Shown here: positions 1 through 12,400 of the stretch, one piece after another
How positions within the stretch are numbered: the stretch's first letter is position 1
Layout: every line of letters begins with the position of its first letter
Origin: Ptychomitrium polyphyllum
Taxonomy: Eukaryota
Assembly: GCA_973851085.1 (NCBI GenBank)
Contig: OZ316775.1
Location: 17,484,001-17,548,000, forward strand
Direction of reading: 5' to 3'
DNA length: 64,000 nucleotides
Notes under the pieces: generated by a model
Database searches by the model: none
Seen by the model: the letters and a program-made list of their open reading frames with translations, nothing else
Told to the model about the DNA's origin: nothing
Made by a program: the position numbers and the translations under genes

Positions 1-75
1 TGATTGAATAAGAACTGACTATTAAGATTAAATTCTATAACAAAAAATTGAACCTTCACCAAGATGTATCCATTG

Positions 76-295
76 ACATTATGTATTATATCCTACTTAA
101 TACTTGTGTACCTCATTTGTAACATATTTGTGAAAAAAATACAAAAATACTAATATGATTGGAATGAAAGAAAATCTGACTTTAACATTATGTATTATAT
201 CCTACTTAATACTTGTGTACCTCATTTGTAACATATTTGTGAAAAAAAAAAACAAAAATACTAATATGATTGAAATGAAAGAAAATTTGACTTTA
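76..295. repeat. Tandem duplication, 2 x ~109 bp
   Basis: acattatgtattatatcctac...gaaagaaaatctgacttta starts at 76 and again at 185; copies differ in poly-A length and a few substitutions. Confidence 0.9.
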
Positions 296-992
296 CAACT
301 GTATGGTTACCTGATTTATTAAAACAGAAATAGGCAAAAAATAAATCCAAATTACAAATAATTAGAATTTATTCTTGATCCTTTGCAACTATTATTTCTA
401 AGATTGTAAGAAATGGGAATTGAAATAAAAGGACTTCAAATTAAATAGCATATGACATAATAGAAATGTTAATTTAAATGTGCTATGAACTAAATTTTTA
501 TAATATGAAGAAAAATGTGAAATAGTGCTATTTTTGTCTGTTATTTTCTTAGGATTTTAGGATTTTTTTTTTTGTATTTACAGGCTACTTTACAAAGCTC
601 TGTATAGGGAAATTCATAAATAATTATTTTATAAAATTTTAAAAAATATAAGGAAGTTGCATAATATGCCATAATATAAGAACAATTTTTGTTAAAAATT
701 TGTTTTTTATTTATAGATTATATTTTGATAATTGCTTCTACATACTAAGCTTAGCAAAGCTATGAATAAATTAATTATAAGAGAATTAAGTGAATTTTTG
801 AATCACTTATTCAAATTTTTAGATATGAATAAATGATTTAAATCTAAATATTCTATTTCTTAATGGATGCATGATATCTGGTTGTTGAAATTAACTCATG
901 ATACTTTACAAGTATTTCTATCACTTTTAACAGATAATATAATTTGATATTACAATCAACAAAGATTGAAATATACTTGGAATGGAGGATTG

Positions 993-1427
993 TGTCACAG
1001 CCATAGTTCATACATCATAGTCTTTATAACCTTCTAGAACCTTCTAATACATTGTAGTGGTTTTTCAAAATACTTTCAATGCTTTTATAACCGTTCTATT
1101 TCCTAGGAAGGATATATTTCTTTGGAAAACCTCTTAAAAAGGTTCCACTACCTTAAAAAACTTCTTAGAAAGGTTCCATAAACTTCTAAACTATTCTTAA
1201 GCTTCCTAAGACGCTTCTTTAGATGTATGCTAGGATGTAAAAACATCACAGTATAAATAGAAAGAAAGACAAGGTATACCTTAGTCTTGGCAAAATAAGT
1301 TGTACATCATATTGTAATATGTCCTACTTCTTGTCTTTGTATCAAGTTCATCTTGATCACTAGCTCTTTTGAAGCTAATTTTTACAAAACCATTTGTGTC
1401 TACTTCTTGTTTCTAATCTCTGTAACA
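993..1427 (+). mobile_element. Gypsy LTR (degenerate)
   Basis: TGTCAC...GTAACA ends; TATA (gtataaatag ~1251) followed by the aagacaagg-tata-ccttagtctt motif shared with the other LTRs here; purine-rich tract just upstream. Confidence 0.75.
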
Positions 1428-2607
1428 AATTGGCAAAACTACTCTTCAACTTTGTTAAAGCTAAGGTCTCATAACAAATATAGAATATTATCCATCTTCT
1501 TTAGGATTCCATAGAGTCTTATTGATGCATATTACCCTCCTCTAAGGTGACACCATTAGTTGATTTCTTCTTCTAAAAAGCAAGTCTTAATTCTTTTGAA
1601 AAATGAGCAATGTTCTAAAGAATGCAGATTACCCTCTTTTGAAGGTATTCATAGTCTTTTTTGTCTCTAACAATTTGTAGTAATGGATAACATGCCTGGA
1701 ACATCAAAAAAGAAGTTTGCAACTATTGCAGACCTTGAAGAGTTAATAAACACAGTTTGAACAGAACTCGCCCGCTTCAACACCTTCAACAATTTAGAGC
1801 AGCACACTCGGCAAGCTGAAGAATCTAATAGCAATATTCAAAGTCTATATCAAGAGGTTGTTCGATTGCAAGAGGCCAATATCAGAAGAGAAGGCTTATG
1901 TTGAATCCATGTAGAGCCAAAGATTAGCATGCCAGACAAAATTGACAGATCAAGATCAAAGTTGGAAAACTTTGTTCAACAAGTAAGGCTCTTCTTTAGC
2001 TTGCATCAATCTTGCTATCCTGATGGCACTACTCAAGTGAGATTTGTAGCCATTCTTCTATCAAACAATGTACTATTGTGGTTTGCACCATTAATAGAGA
2101 AGCAGTCACCATTATTAAACAACTTAAGTGCTTTTATGGAAGCGTTGACATCTACTTTAGAACACACCAACCAAAAAAGGGTGGCTGAAACTAGGATCCA
2201 AAGTCTACAACAAAGACAGCGCTCGGCTGCTATATATGATGCAGAGTTTTGACAACTAGCTTACGACCTTGATTGGAACAATAAAGCCTTGGTTACACAA
2301 TTCCAATGGGGCCCGAGTTAAAATGTGAAAGACTTGCTACTCACATTGCCAAAAGTTGAAACATGGGACAAATTCATCACTCAAGCAATAGCATGTGACA
2401 ATAGACTATTTAAAAGGCCCCAAGAACAACGCTTGGAATGGCGACCGGTACATCAAAGTATGGCAACCACTTCTTCAAAAGTATTGGAAAGCCGACCACA
2501 AGGACCAAAATCTATGCAAATTATTGCTTTCCAATTTAGACGTTTGACTCCTGAAGAAAAAAAAAGGCGTCAAAGAGGAAACCTACGTTTGTATTGTGGC
2601 AAGTTTG

Positions 2608-3252
2608 TGTTAGGGACAGAAGAAACAAGAAGCGGAAACGAAGTGTTTCCCAAGAATTAGCTTCCAAAGAGTTAATGATTAACAAGAACTTTGATACAAA
2701 GACTAAAACAAGGCAGGATTCAAGATGATCTTCAACTTGTGTTGGCAAGACTAAGGAATACCTTGTCTCGCCTCTTATTTTTACTAGGACGTTTGTATCT
2801 CCTAGGATACTTCTAAAGAAGCTTCCTACAAGGCTTAAGAATCTTCTGGAAGTCTAAGGAACCTTCCCAAGAAGTTTCCTAAGATGTTGGAACCTTCCTA
2901 AGAAGCTTCCAAGGAACTGGTACCTTCTTTGGAAGCTTCCAAGGAATTGGAACCTTCCTTGGAAGTTTCCTAAGCTAGCGGAACTTTCTTAGGAAGTTTC
3001 CTAAAGAGGTAGAACCTTCCTAGGAAGTTTCCTAAGGTAATGGAACCTTTTTAGAACGTTTCCTAGGAAGTAACCTAAGATGATAGAACCTTCCTAGGAA
3101 GTTTCTTAGGTTGGAGGAACTTTTCTAGGAAGCTTCCTTAAAACATAAAAAGGCTATGGAGACATCTAAAAGTATTCTAAAAAGCTATTATAGTATATTA
3201 GAAGGTTATAGAATGTTGCAAAGACTATGTTGTATGATTTATGTCCGTGACA
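2608..3252 (-). mobile_element. Solo LTR inserted in the gag zinc knuckle
   Basis: TG...CA ends, perfect 5-bp TSD GTTTG (2603-2607, 3253-3257). Removing it restores LYCGKFGHNVHNC. Confidence 0.92.
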
Positions 3253-3887
3253 GTTTGGACATAATGTGCACAATTGCCAAATCAAAGGATTTGCCTTTAA
3301 GGCTCAAAGCACAATGGTGGAGTTGGAAAACGAGGCTGTCCAGTTACAATAGGGACCATACAACTGCACACCACAAGGAAACGACTATCAAATCAAGGTC
3401 TCTTACTACCTCCAACTCCTACCTCTTGCTTTATGTTTCCTATCAACATTAAATTGTTAGATGATGAAATAGTTAGTGAAGCTCTTTTGGACACTGGTAC
3501 AACGGCATGCTTCATAGATAAGGATTTTGCAACGAAACGCCACATGGTGTTTGTGAACAAAAAACATCCCGCATCTGTTGAAGTCATCAATAGATGCTCT
3601 CTTGCATCTGGTAATGTTATTGAAGGACCTCAGCCCTTGGAGGTTGGTTTAGGAGACCAAGCATCTAAGATTGTCTTCAATATCATTGAATGCCGAATAA
3701 ATCCTATTGTCTTGAACCTTCCTTGGTTTGAATTACATAATCTAGATATCGATTGGCACTCACGGAGTGTGGTATCAAAGAAAAGACATAAAAAATACAA
3801 GAAATTTTAGACCATTATTAATTGGAGGTAAGGTGTTTATGAGAGCGGCAAACTGTAAATCAATTTTTGCCATTTTTGCCACGCCAT

Positions 3888-3940
3888 TGTCCGACTCTAT
3901 ACCAAAATGTCCGACTCTATACCATTGTCCGACTCTATAC
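3888..3940. repeat. Short tandem repeat, 3 x ~19-20 bp (tgtccgactctatacca)
   Basis: Seen directly; mirrored at ~18601-18653. Confidence 0.85.
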
Positions 3941-6298
3941 TCATCAATGTTAAGATTATAAAGACGTTTTTTAGAAGAAAAATGCAGACATATTACCAAA
4001 GCATTGGCTTTACGATTGTTCCATTGAATTGCAAGAAGGAACCCAATCACCTTTTGAACCTATCCATTACCTATCACAAACCAAGTTGACTGCTTTGAGA
4101 GAATATAATGATAAAAACCTCGGAAAGGACTTCATCCAACACTCTAAATCACATGTTGGAGCACCTATTTTATTTGCAAAGAAGAAGGATGGATCATTAC
4201 GTATGTACGTGGACTATCGAGGCCTCAACAAAGTGACTTAGAAGAATTGCTATCCATTACCATTAATCTCAGGACTCCTACAGCAACTTGGTCAAGCAAA
4301 GATATTCACTAAGATTGATCTTAGACAAGCCTATAATCTTGTACGCATCAAAAAAAGAAATAAATGGAAGACAACTTTTCAATCCGGGTATGGTCAATTT
4401 GAATACAATGTCATGCCTTTTGGCCTTACTAATGCCCCTACAGTCTTCCAACACATGATAAATGATATCTTCCATGAACACTTGGACGGTTTTGTAGTCA
4501 TCTACTTGGATGACATTTTGATGTATTCAAAGGATGAATAAGACCACAAATGTCATGTACGATTGGTCTTAGAAAAACTATGCCAGTGAGGATTATATGC
4601 CAAATTGAAGAAGTGCCTTTTCTATGAATCCTCGGATGATTTTTTAAGCTACATCATCTCCAAAGGAAGAATCCATATGGATGAGAAGAAAGTAAGCACT
4701 GTCATGAAAAAGGAGTACGTTAAAATCAATTTAAAGTGTGCAATGCTTCCTGGGATTTGCAAATTTTTGTAGGATATTCATCAAGGCTTATTCCAAGATT
4801 GCAACACCACCGACGCAACTCACGATGAAGCAAAAGTTTACTTGAAATGAAGAAACAAAGAGAGCATTTCAAGGTCTTAAGAAGTTATTCACGTTGGCTC
4901 TAATCTTTATTCATTCAAATCCATCAAAGTCTTTTTATTTGGAAACGAATGCCTCAAATTTTGCGCTTCGTTTAGTACTGTCACAATATGATGAAGACGG
5001 GAAATTCCATCCTATTGTTTTTTATTCAAGGAAGTTCTCAGCTACAGAGATCAACTATGATATACATAATAAAGAGTTACTTGCAATTGTGGATGCATTT
5101 GAGGAATGGCGACACTTATTGGAAGGAGCTCAACATACCATTTTGATATATACAAACTACAAGAATATGGAGTACTTCATGAGTGTGCGAGTTCTAAATT
5201 GCCGTCCACCAAGGTAGAGTATGTTGCCTTCCAAATTTGACTTTATCATTGCTTATTGACCTAGTAGCCTAAAAAGTGAGCTAGATGTCTTATGTCAAAG
5301 GTCTTATTTAACTCTTCAACCTAAAGATGATGTTTTGGATCAATAAAGGACTATTTTATTGAAGCCACAAAATCTTCAACTAAAAGCAGCGATTATTACG
5401 ACAACATTCCATCTTGACGACATTTGGAGGGCTTTGAAAAATGATTTTTTTGTTTCAAATATAAAAAAACGCCTCAAAGACAACGGAAATCTTTCAAATG
5501 ACAATGAGGACTGTATATTCCAAGAAGGCCTGCTTTATTATAAAGGATTTTTGTACCTACTTCCAAGTCCTATACGATTGAAGATCCTTCAAGTACGTCA
5601 TAATTTTCCAACAATAGGGCATATTGGATTCATCAAAACAATGGAATCAATTGTTAGAGAATATTGGTAGTCGCAAATGTAGAAATACGTGAAGGATTTT
5701 GTTTGATCATGCAACACTTGCGTAAGGGCCAAGATATCAAGACACCAACCTCATGGTCTCTTCCATCCGCTTCTAGTGCCAAAGGATTCATGGTTGTCAT
5801 TATCATTGGATTTTATCACGGATCTTCCAAACTCCGATTTTAAGGATTCTATTTTGGTACTAGTGGATAGGTTTACCAAGATGGTACATTTCATTCCATG
5901 CAATAAGACGGTAACGGGAGGAGAAACTGCCAGGTTGTTTTACATCACGCCTACCGCATACATGGATTACCAGATGATATTGTATGTGATTAAAGGCCGC
6001 AATTCATTTCCAACTTTTGGAAGGTTATCTTCTAGCTATTGCGCGTGAAGATCAATCTTTGTTCAGCATGCCATCTGCAGGCTGATGGTCAAACCAAACA
6101 TATGAATCAAATTTTGGAGCAGTACCTTTGTTGCAGCATAAACTACCAACAAGACAATTGGATGGACCTCTTACCTTTGGCAGAATTTGCTTACAACAAT
6201 ACGATGCATTCTTCAACAATTCAAAGTCCATTCTTTGCAAACTATGGCCAACATCTTTGAGCAGATCCATTTCAAATGAAGCATGTTGGAAGTTCTGC

Positions 6299-7708
6299 TA
6301 TGAGCCAAAGAATCGGCTCAATTGGTAAATTTTCATGAATTATTAACTAAAAGCATTAATTGCTAGGAAGTAGACTTACATTAGTATCAATGAGAGTTAT
6401 TCTAGTGACTAACTAAGCTTAAGGGTGGTTAGGCTAGTTAGGTCTATGGAAAATATCAAAAAATCATGGAAGCTGCTATTTATGGCAAATAAGTGAATTA
6501 ATAGTCAGACTTAATTAGTATTTTAGAATGATTAATCACTAGGGATTATGATTAAATTAGCAAGTTGAACAAGGAGGTCCAAGAGGAATTTCCTCCAATT
6601 AAAAGAACTGAAGAACATTTGCTATAATCAAGTGCAAATAAAGTACAAAAAAAAAAAATTTAAAAATATTGCAAGTAGTTAGAACCAAGTTAGTGATAGG
6701 CTACAAAAATTTAGTAACAAGTTAGTATTTAATTAGTGGAAACTTAGATGAGTTAATTGAAGTCAATTGTAAGTAGGTTGGAACATAAATTAAATTAATA
6801 TGACTATTTAAATTAGTGCAAGGAATTAGAAATGGTTGAGGTTGATTAGGAGTCCACCTTGTCATTGAGATAAGGCAACTTAGTCTAAAATTAAGTACTG
6901 TAGTTCAAAAGTTAAGGCACAATACTAAGACATAAAAAGGTGGTTGAGAGAGAGAAAAGGTGGCCGAAGGGAGAAGTAGGAGAAGAAAGTGAGGGTGAAA
7001 GTGGGGAATGCCAAAACTTTGATGGCAGATTGCAAAAAAACGACAGTAGTCATGATAGTGGATTTTTGTAGAAAGGAGGTAGAAGAAGTAAGGATTTTAA
7101 CAAGCTAAAGGTCGCCCAATTCCAATAAAAGACAAGGCGGTGGCGGCATTTTTAGTGGAAGGAGGTTGGCTGCCGTCGCAGCTCAAGATACTCGACTTTG
7201 GAGGAGCGGATCATCACGCATACAACTCCAAAAAAAGCAAAAACTATTGGAGAATGTAAATCAAGTTGTGAAGACTCTATATACACCAAGATCATAAAAT
7301 TTGAATCTGTGAGGCACCCGTGGCATCCGATTTGGTGTGAGGGGGTCTTGCTGCCTTAAGCGGAAAGTGTTGTGAGATTGATTAGAGTAATAATTTGGTG
7401 GCTAGTGGTTTGAACCACTAAATAAGGAAAAATACCTTTTTAAATCAGGGCCAACCAACTCACTAAAGCCTTCTAGCATATTAAATCATTAGAGCTGTAG
7501 TAAATAAGTAGTAATATACATAGCTATTTTACTACACTTCTAATTGGATGTTTACTAATGTATGAGAAGACTTGAACAATTATGAATTTGATTCTAATCT
7601 AATTAAATTTGACCTTGAACTACAACGCAACTTAGATAATCATAGCCTAAATAGAATTGTATGAACTAAATTGGCCTTTTATATAGCGAGGATTAATTTA
7701 AGTTCACA
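6299..7708. mobile_element. 1.4 kb solo LTR (different family) inserted in integrase
   Basis: Ends TATGAGC...GTTCACA (decayed TG..CA); flanks TCTGC/CTTGC are a decayed TSD. The empty site ggaagtcccgcagcagaggatttt is seen in the related element at ~63954-63977 (minus strand). Confidence 0.8.
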
Positions 7709-8403
7709 CTTGCAACAGAGGATTTTGCAACTTAGCTTAATAAAATCCACCAAGAACTTGCTTTCCAATTACAACAAGCTCAAGATCGTTACAAAACTTA
7801 TACAAATCGTCATTGGAAGGACCGTCTAAAGTTTAAGGTTGAAGATAGCGTATGGCTTGTACGACAAAACATACAAACAAAAAGACCGTTGAAGAAGCTG
7901 AACTATCAAAGGTTGGAACCGTTTGAATTCAACAAATAGATAAGTTTGGTTAGTTATTGCCTTAAACTACCACCAACCATGCAAATTCATCCAATGTTCC
8001 ACGTATTATTGTTGAAAACCTAGAACAAATCATGTATATCACAGAAGGTTGTTCCTCTGCTTCTTCCGGTGGAAATCCATAATGAGATGGAGTATGAAGT
8101 TGAAAAGATCTTAGATTCATGTATAAAAAATGGACGTGTGGAGTACCTTATATATTAGCAAGGATACGGTATCAATGATTAAATATGGGAACCTTTGATG
8201 AACATAACAAATGCACCTGAGAAGGTACTCAAATTTCATCAAAGATATCTTCAAAAATCAGGTTAGTGATGATGTGTTATCAGTAGCCGTTAGCTTCACA
8301 AAGAATATTTTTCCATAGACGAGTATAAGAGAGGAACAATATTCAACCTCCAATTGTATGCAACATTAATTCCAAGATAGATCATCTTTAGATCCTAGTT
8401 AGT

Positions 8404-8862
8404 ATGTCAAATCTTTGTGTTATCATGGATATGCGTGAAGAGCAGTCAGACATGCTTTTTTCAACAGCAGCATCTATTGAACCAACTCAACTTTCTCAAC
8501 CTTGAATACTGGAGGATTTAAACCTAGATATGAAAGAGACATTTCAATGTTGAGTGCAACCTTGTGCAGAAGTATTGACTAGTTGCCTTTTACATTCCAG
8601 TCTTGATTTAGATGCTTGCACTCTAGTCATCTTGTTATAAATTAGAAGAGTCACTCCTGGAAGAGCGGAGATTTTATTTGGAGGATGTTTTGAAGGAATA
8701 AATCAAGATCAAATCTTAAACTGAGAGAATTCAACAACAAAAGTCTTGGCTGGTGGTCATCGGCGCTTTTTGCAAGGACCATTTGAACGAATGAGCAAAG
8801 AACAACAAACAAAATATGTTGCTTCTCTTCTTCAACAAATTTTGGAATTTGCAAAGATGTGA
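8404..8862 (+). pseudogene. Extra ORF (~152 codons) downstream of the Gypsy chromodomain, function unknown
   Basis: Frame MSNLCVIMDMREEQS...EILFGGCFEGINQDQIL..VLAGGH..KEQQTKYVASLLQQILEFAKM* with 4 internal stops. Colinear without indels with 62812-63270. Confidence 0.7.
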
Positions 8863-8917
8863 TGAACAAGCCACAATTAGAACTCTTTGTGGCACTTATT
8901 GCTAAAGGAAGAAGTGA

Positions 8918-9334
8918 TGTTACAGACATAGATCATGCAACATAATAATTTGAAACCGCCTAATACGTATTGATTTGTTATTGTAGCGTTTTAGATTACT
9001 TTGGATGCTGATATGTTTGTTTCAGGTCTTTGGATGTCTTTTGAAGAAGATGTCAATGCTTTGAAAATTTTCTTCGAAAGGTTCATTAAATTTTTAAAAC
9101 ATTCTTAAGCTTTATATTAAGCTTTTTTTGAAGTTTTTTATGATCTATAAGCATTATAGTATATATAAGAAGCAAGACTAGGTATTCCTTATTCTTGCCA
9201 ATAGAAGCTGTAGATCATATTGTTGCGTGCCTTTGTTCTTGTTTTTGTCTTAAATTTTTGTCTCTTAGTAATTCTTTATAAGCTAATTTTTGAAACCAGT
9301 TTGTGTTTGCTTCTTATTTCTAGTATTTTTAACA
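8918..9334 (+). mobile_element. 3' LTR of the left Gypsy element
   Basis: PPT aaaggaagaagtga immediately before TGTTACAG; ends ..aaca; carries the TATA and the gcaagac..ttcttgcc motif. Confidence 0.75.
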
Positions 9335-9429
9335 ATATTTATATCATGGTATAACAACCATTTTTTCAAGAGCATTGGAAAGATGTCCATTAGGTTTTAA
9401 AACCTTTGCATATTGATATTGCTTAATTT

Positions 9430-12400
9430 AAAAGTTTAATTCTCAAAGAAAAAGAAAGATATTGAAGAAGAATCATTTACTTGTATAGTGGCAAGTTTGA
9501 TCATACAGTTTGCAATTGCCATATCAAGGAATCTATCTTCAAGACTTGATGCACAATGGTAGAGTTGGAAAATAAGGATGTTTAGTCACGCTAGGAACCA
9601 TACAACTAGACACTGTTATGAAACAACCATCAAATTAAGGTTTCTTATAGCTTCCAACTCCTATTTCTTTTTTTATATTTTCTATCAAAATTAAATTCTT
9701 ATATAGTAAAAAACTGTAGGAGGCTTTTTTGACATTGGTACAACGCTATGCTTTATAGATAAGGATTTTGCAGCCAAAACTACATTATACGTATGAAAAA
9801 AAATAAAATTGCATCTATTGAAGTTATTGATGAACGATCTTTTATATTTGGTAATGTTATAGAAGAAATTCAACCTTTAGAGGTTACTTTAAGAAACCAA
9901 GCATCTAAAATTATTTTTAATATCATTTAATATCAAACTAATTCTATTATTTTGGCCTTTATTTGGTTTGAATCACATAATCCATATACTAAATAACATT
10001 CATGGAATTTAGCCTCAAGGAAAAGATGTTAAGGTACAAATAATTTTTGGTAGTTATTTATTAGAACTAAAGCATTCATAAAAGCGGCAAAGGATAAATC
10101 AAATTATGCCATTTATACCACACTAGTATTTGGCTTTATATAAAAGACTAATAAAAGCATATTTAATCAATAATAAGATTATAAGGAAGTCTTTGAAAAG
10201 AAAAATGGAGACATATTATCAAAGCACTAGCTTTACAATTGTGCTATTGAATTACAAAGGAAAACACAACCACTTTATAGATCTATCTATAACTTGTTAT
10301 AAATTGAGTTAATTGCCTTTTTAAATTAATTGGTGAAAACCTTCAAAAAGGCTTCATCCAACATTTCAAATCACTTACTTAAGTTTCCATCCTACTTATA
10401 AAGATAAAAATTGGATCACTATGTATATGCATGGATTATCAAGGTTTCTATAAGATAATCAAGAAAAATTGCTATTCATTACCATTAAACTTATGACTCC
10501 TACAATAACTTGGCCAAATAAAAATAATCACCAAGATCCACCTCTGAAGAGCCAATAGTTTAGTATGTATAAAAAAACAAAGATGAATGGAAGACAACTT
10601 TTTAATTTAAGTTTGGCCATTATGATTACAACATCATGGCTTTTGGTCTTATTAATGTCTTTGTAGTCTTTCAATACAAGATGAATAATATCTTCCATGA
10701 GCATTTGAATAATTCTGAAATTATTTATTGAGATAAAATTTTGATATATTCAAAAGATGAAAAAGACCACAAATATTATGTGCAGTTGATTTCAAAAAAT
10801 CTATTTCAATGAGGATTATGTGCCAAATTGGAGAAGTGCCTTTTTCATGTGTCCTCAGTTGAACTTTTAGGCCATATTTTAAATGAAGGAATCCATATGG
10901 ATGAGAAGAAAATAGACATTGTCATAAAATGGCAATCACTAAGATCAATTTGAGATGTTCAATGCTTCTTAAAATTTGCAAATTCTATAGGATATTCATT
11001 AAAGATTATTTCAAGATTGTAATACCATTAATATGACTTATGTAAAACAAAAATTCACTTGGAATGAAAAAACAAAAGGAACATTTCAAAGTTTTAAGAA
11101 CTCATTTATGCAAGCTCCAATTTTTGCTCACTCAAATCTATTTTAAATTCTATTTATTTGGAAATGGATGTTTTAGACTTTACGCTAAGTTTAATATCTT
11201 TACAAAACAACAAAGGTGAAAGATTCCATTTAATTGTCCTTTATTCAAGGACTTTTTTAGTGGTCAAGATCAATTATAATATATATGGCAAAGAATTAAC
11301 TGCAATCGTCTAGGCATTTAAAGAATGATAACATTTGTTGGAAAAAACTCAATATACCATCATAATATATACAGACTACAAGAATCTTCAATATTATATA
11401 AATTTAATATTTTAAATTGTCGTCAAGCAACGTGGAGAATATTATGTTTTAGATTCAATTTCATCATTAGTTATTAAATCAACATTTGAAGTAAATCAAA
11501 TGTCTTATTTTAAAGATCTTATTTAACTTCTAAACTTAAAGACAACATTTTGGATCAAGAAAGGACTATTTTATTGAAGCCAAGAAATCTTCAATTAAAA
11601 GAAGTAACCATCACCACAACATCTCATTTTGACAAATTTTGCAGGGCTTTAAAAAAAGATGTATTTGTGCTAAATATGAAGAAACACCTTATTGCAACCT
11701 CTTCAATATACCTTATTAAATATCATGCACGCCAATCTTATACACCTCTACATGCACATGGTTAATATCCATTTCCACTCTCCAAATCCAAGGCTTGGTT
11801 TCCAATTCTTCCTACTTATTTTCTTTAAAACACCCAATTGGTTGGTAGCCAATGGCTAGGTGCGGACTTCCATTCATATCCAAGACATCACTTGTTGTTA
11901 TTTCCATCCTACACGGCCTAACCGCTCTTAGTGGTGTCTCCTCATTGCCACTTATGATCTCCATATGATTCCACAATCATCTCAGGCCACCATAGTGCCG
12001 ACGTGAAGACACCACTCCAACATACTAATAACTTGCTTGCACTTTAGAACTTACTAGTTCTTTTTGTGAAATTCGCCATCCATTGGCTTACAATGGTGTG
12101 GGAGTTGCCGTGGTGAAGCTCCAATACTAGCTCCATCTACTGGGATTCATCCTTGATTAATACCAATATACTATAGAAATAGGGAAGGGGACCAGTCTTC
12201 CTTATAATGCTCTCTATGGAATTTGGCAGGTCTTCTAGCCCTTTGTAGCTGGCTAAAACTTCAGAAGACCATCCAAGGTCCCAAATCTTCTACGTTTAGG
12301 TTCCAAATCTATCAAGCAACTAGTCTATCGTCAGCTATTCTTTGTATAGATGCCGATAGATTCTTCTAATGTTCAATTTGAAAAAAAATTCTGGAAGATA

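Larger units (their letters stand above)
1683..8268 (+). pseudogene. Decayed Ty3/Gypsy chromovirus gag-pol (gag, zinc knuckle, protease, RT, RNase H, integrase, chromodomain)
   Basis: Gag PDKIDRSRSK..; protease [27 protein letters not shown] and VIYLDDIL (~4495-4520); RNase H ETNASNFAL..ELLAIV; integrase SLDFITDLP..VDRFTK; chromodomain EYEVEKILD (~8090). Many stops and frameshifts. Confidence 0.95.
1487..8944 (+). repeat. Left arm of ~7.46 kb inverted duplication
   Basis: Every ORF here has a mirror ORF on the other strand with coordinate sum 22541. The translations are identical except for one residue. Confidence 0.97.

Noticed and set aside
300..960. AT-rich region with splice-like signals
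   Set aside because: No ORF or recognisable motif; probably a decayed TE.
2770..3140. CRISPR-like appearance of palindromic repeats
   Set aside because: No unique spacers or cas genes; lies inside a eukaryotic LTR.
8651..8929. Recurrent 92-aa antisense ORF MSVTSLLPLA... (also 13612 and 62745)
   Set aside because: It is the antisense shadow of the extra ORF and LTR start; two of the copies are just the duplication, and the synonymous signal I saw is on the other strand.
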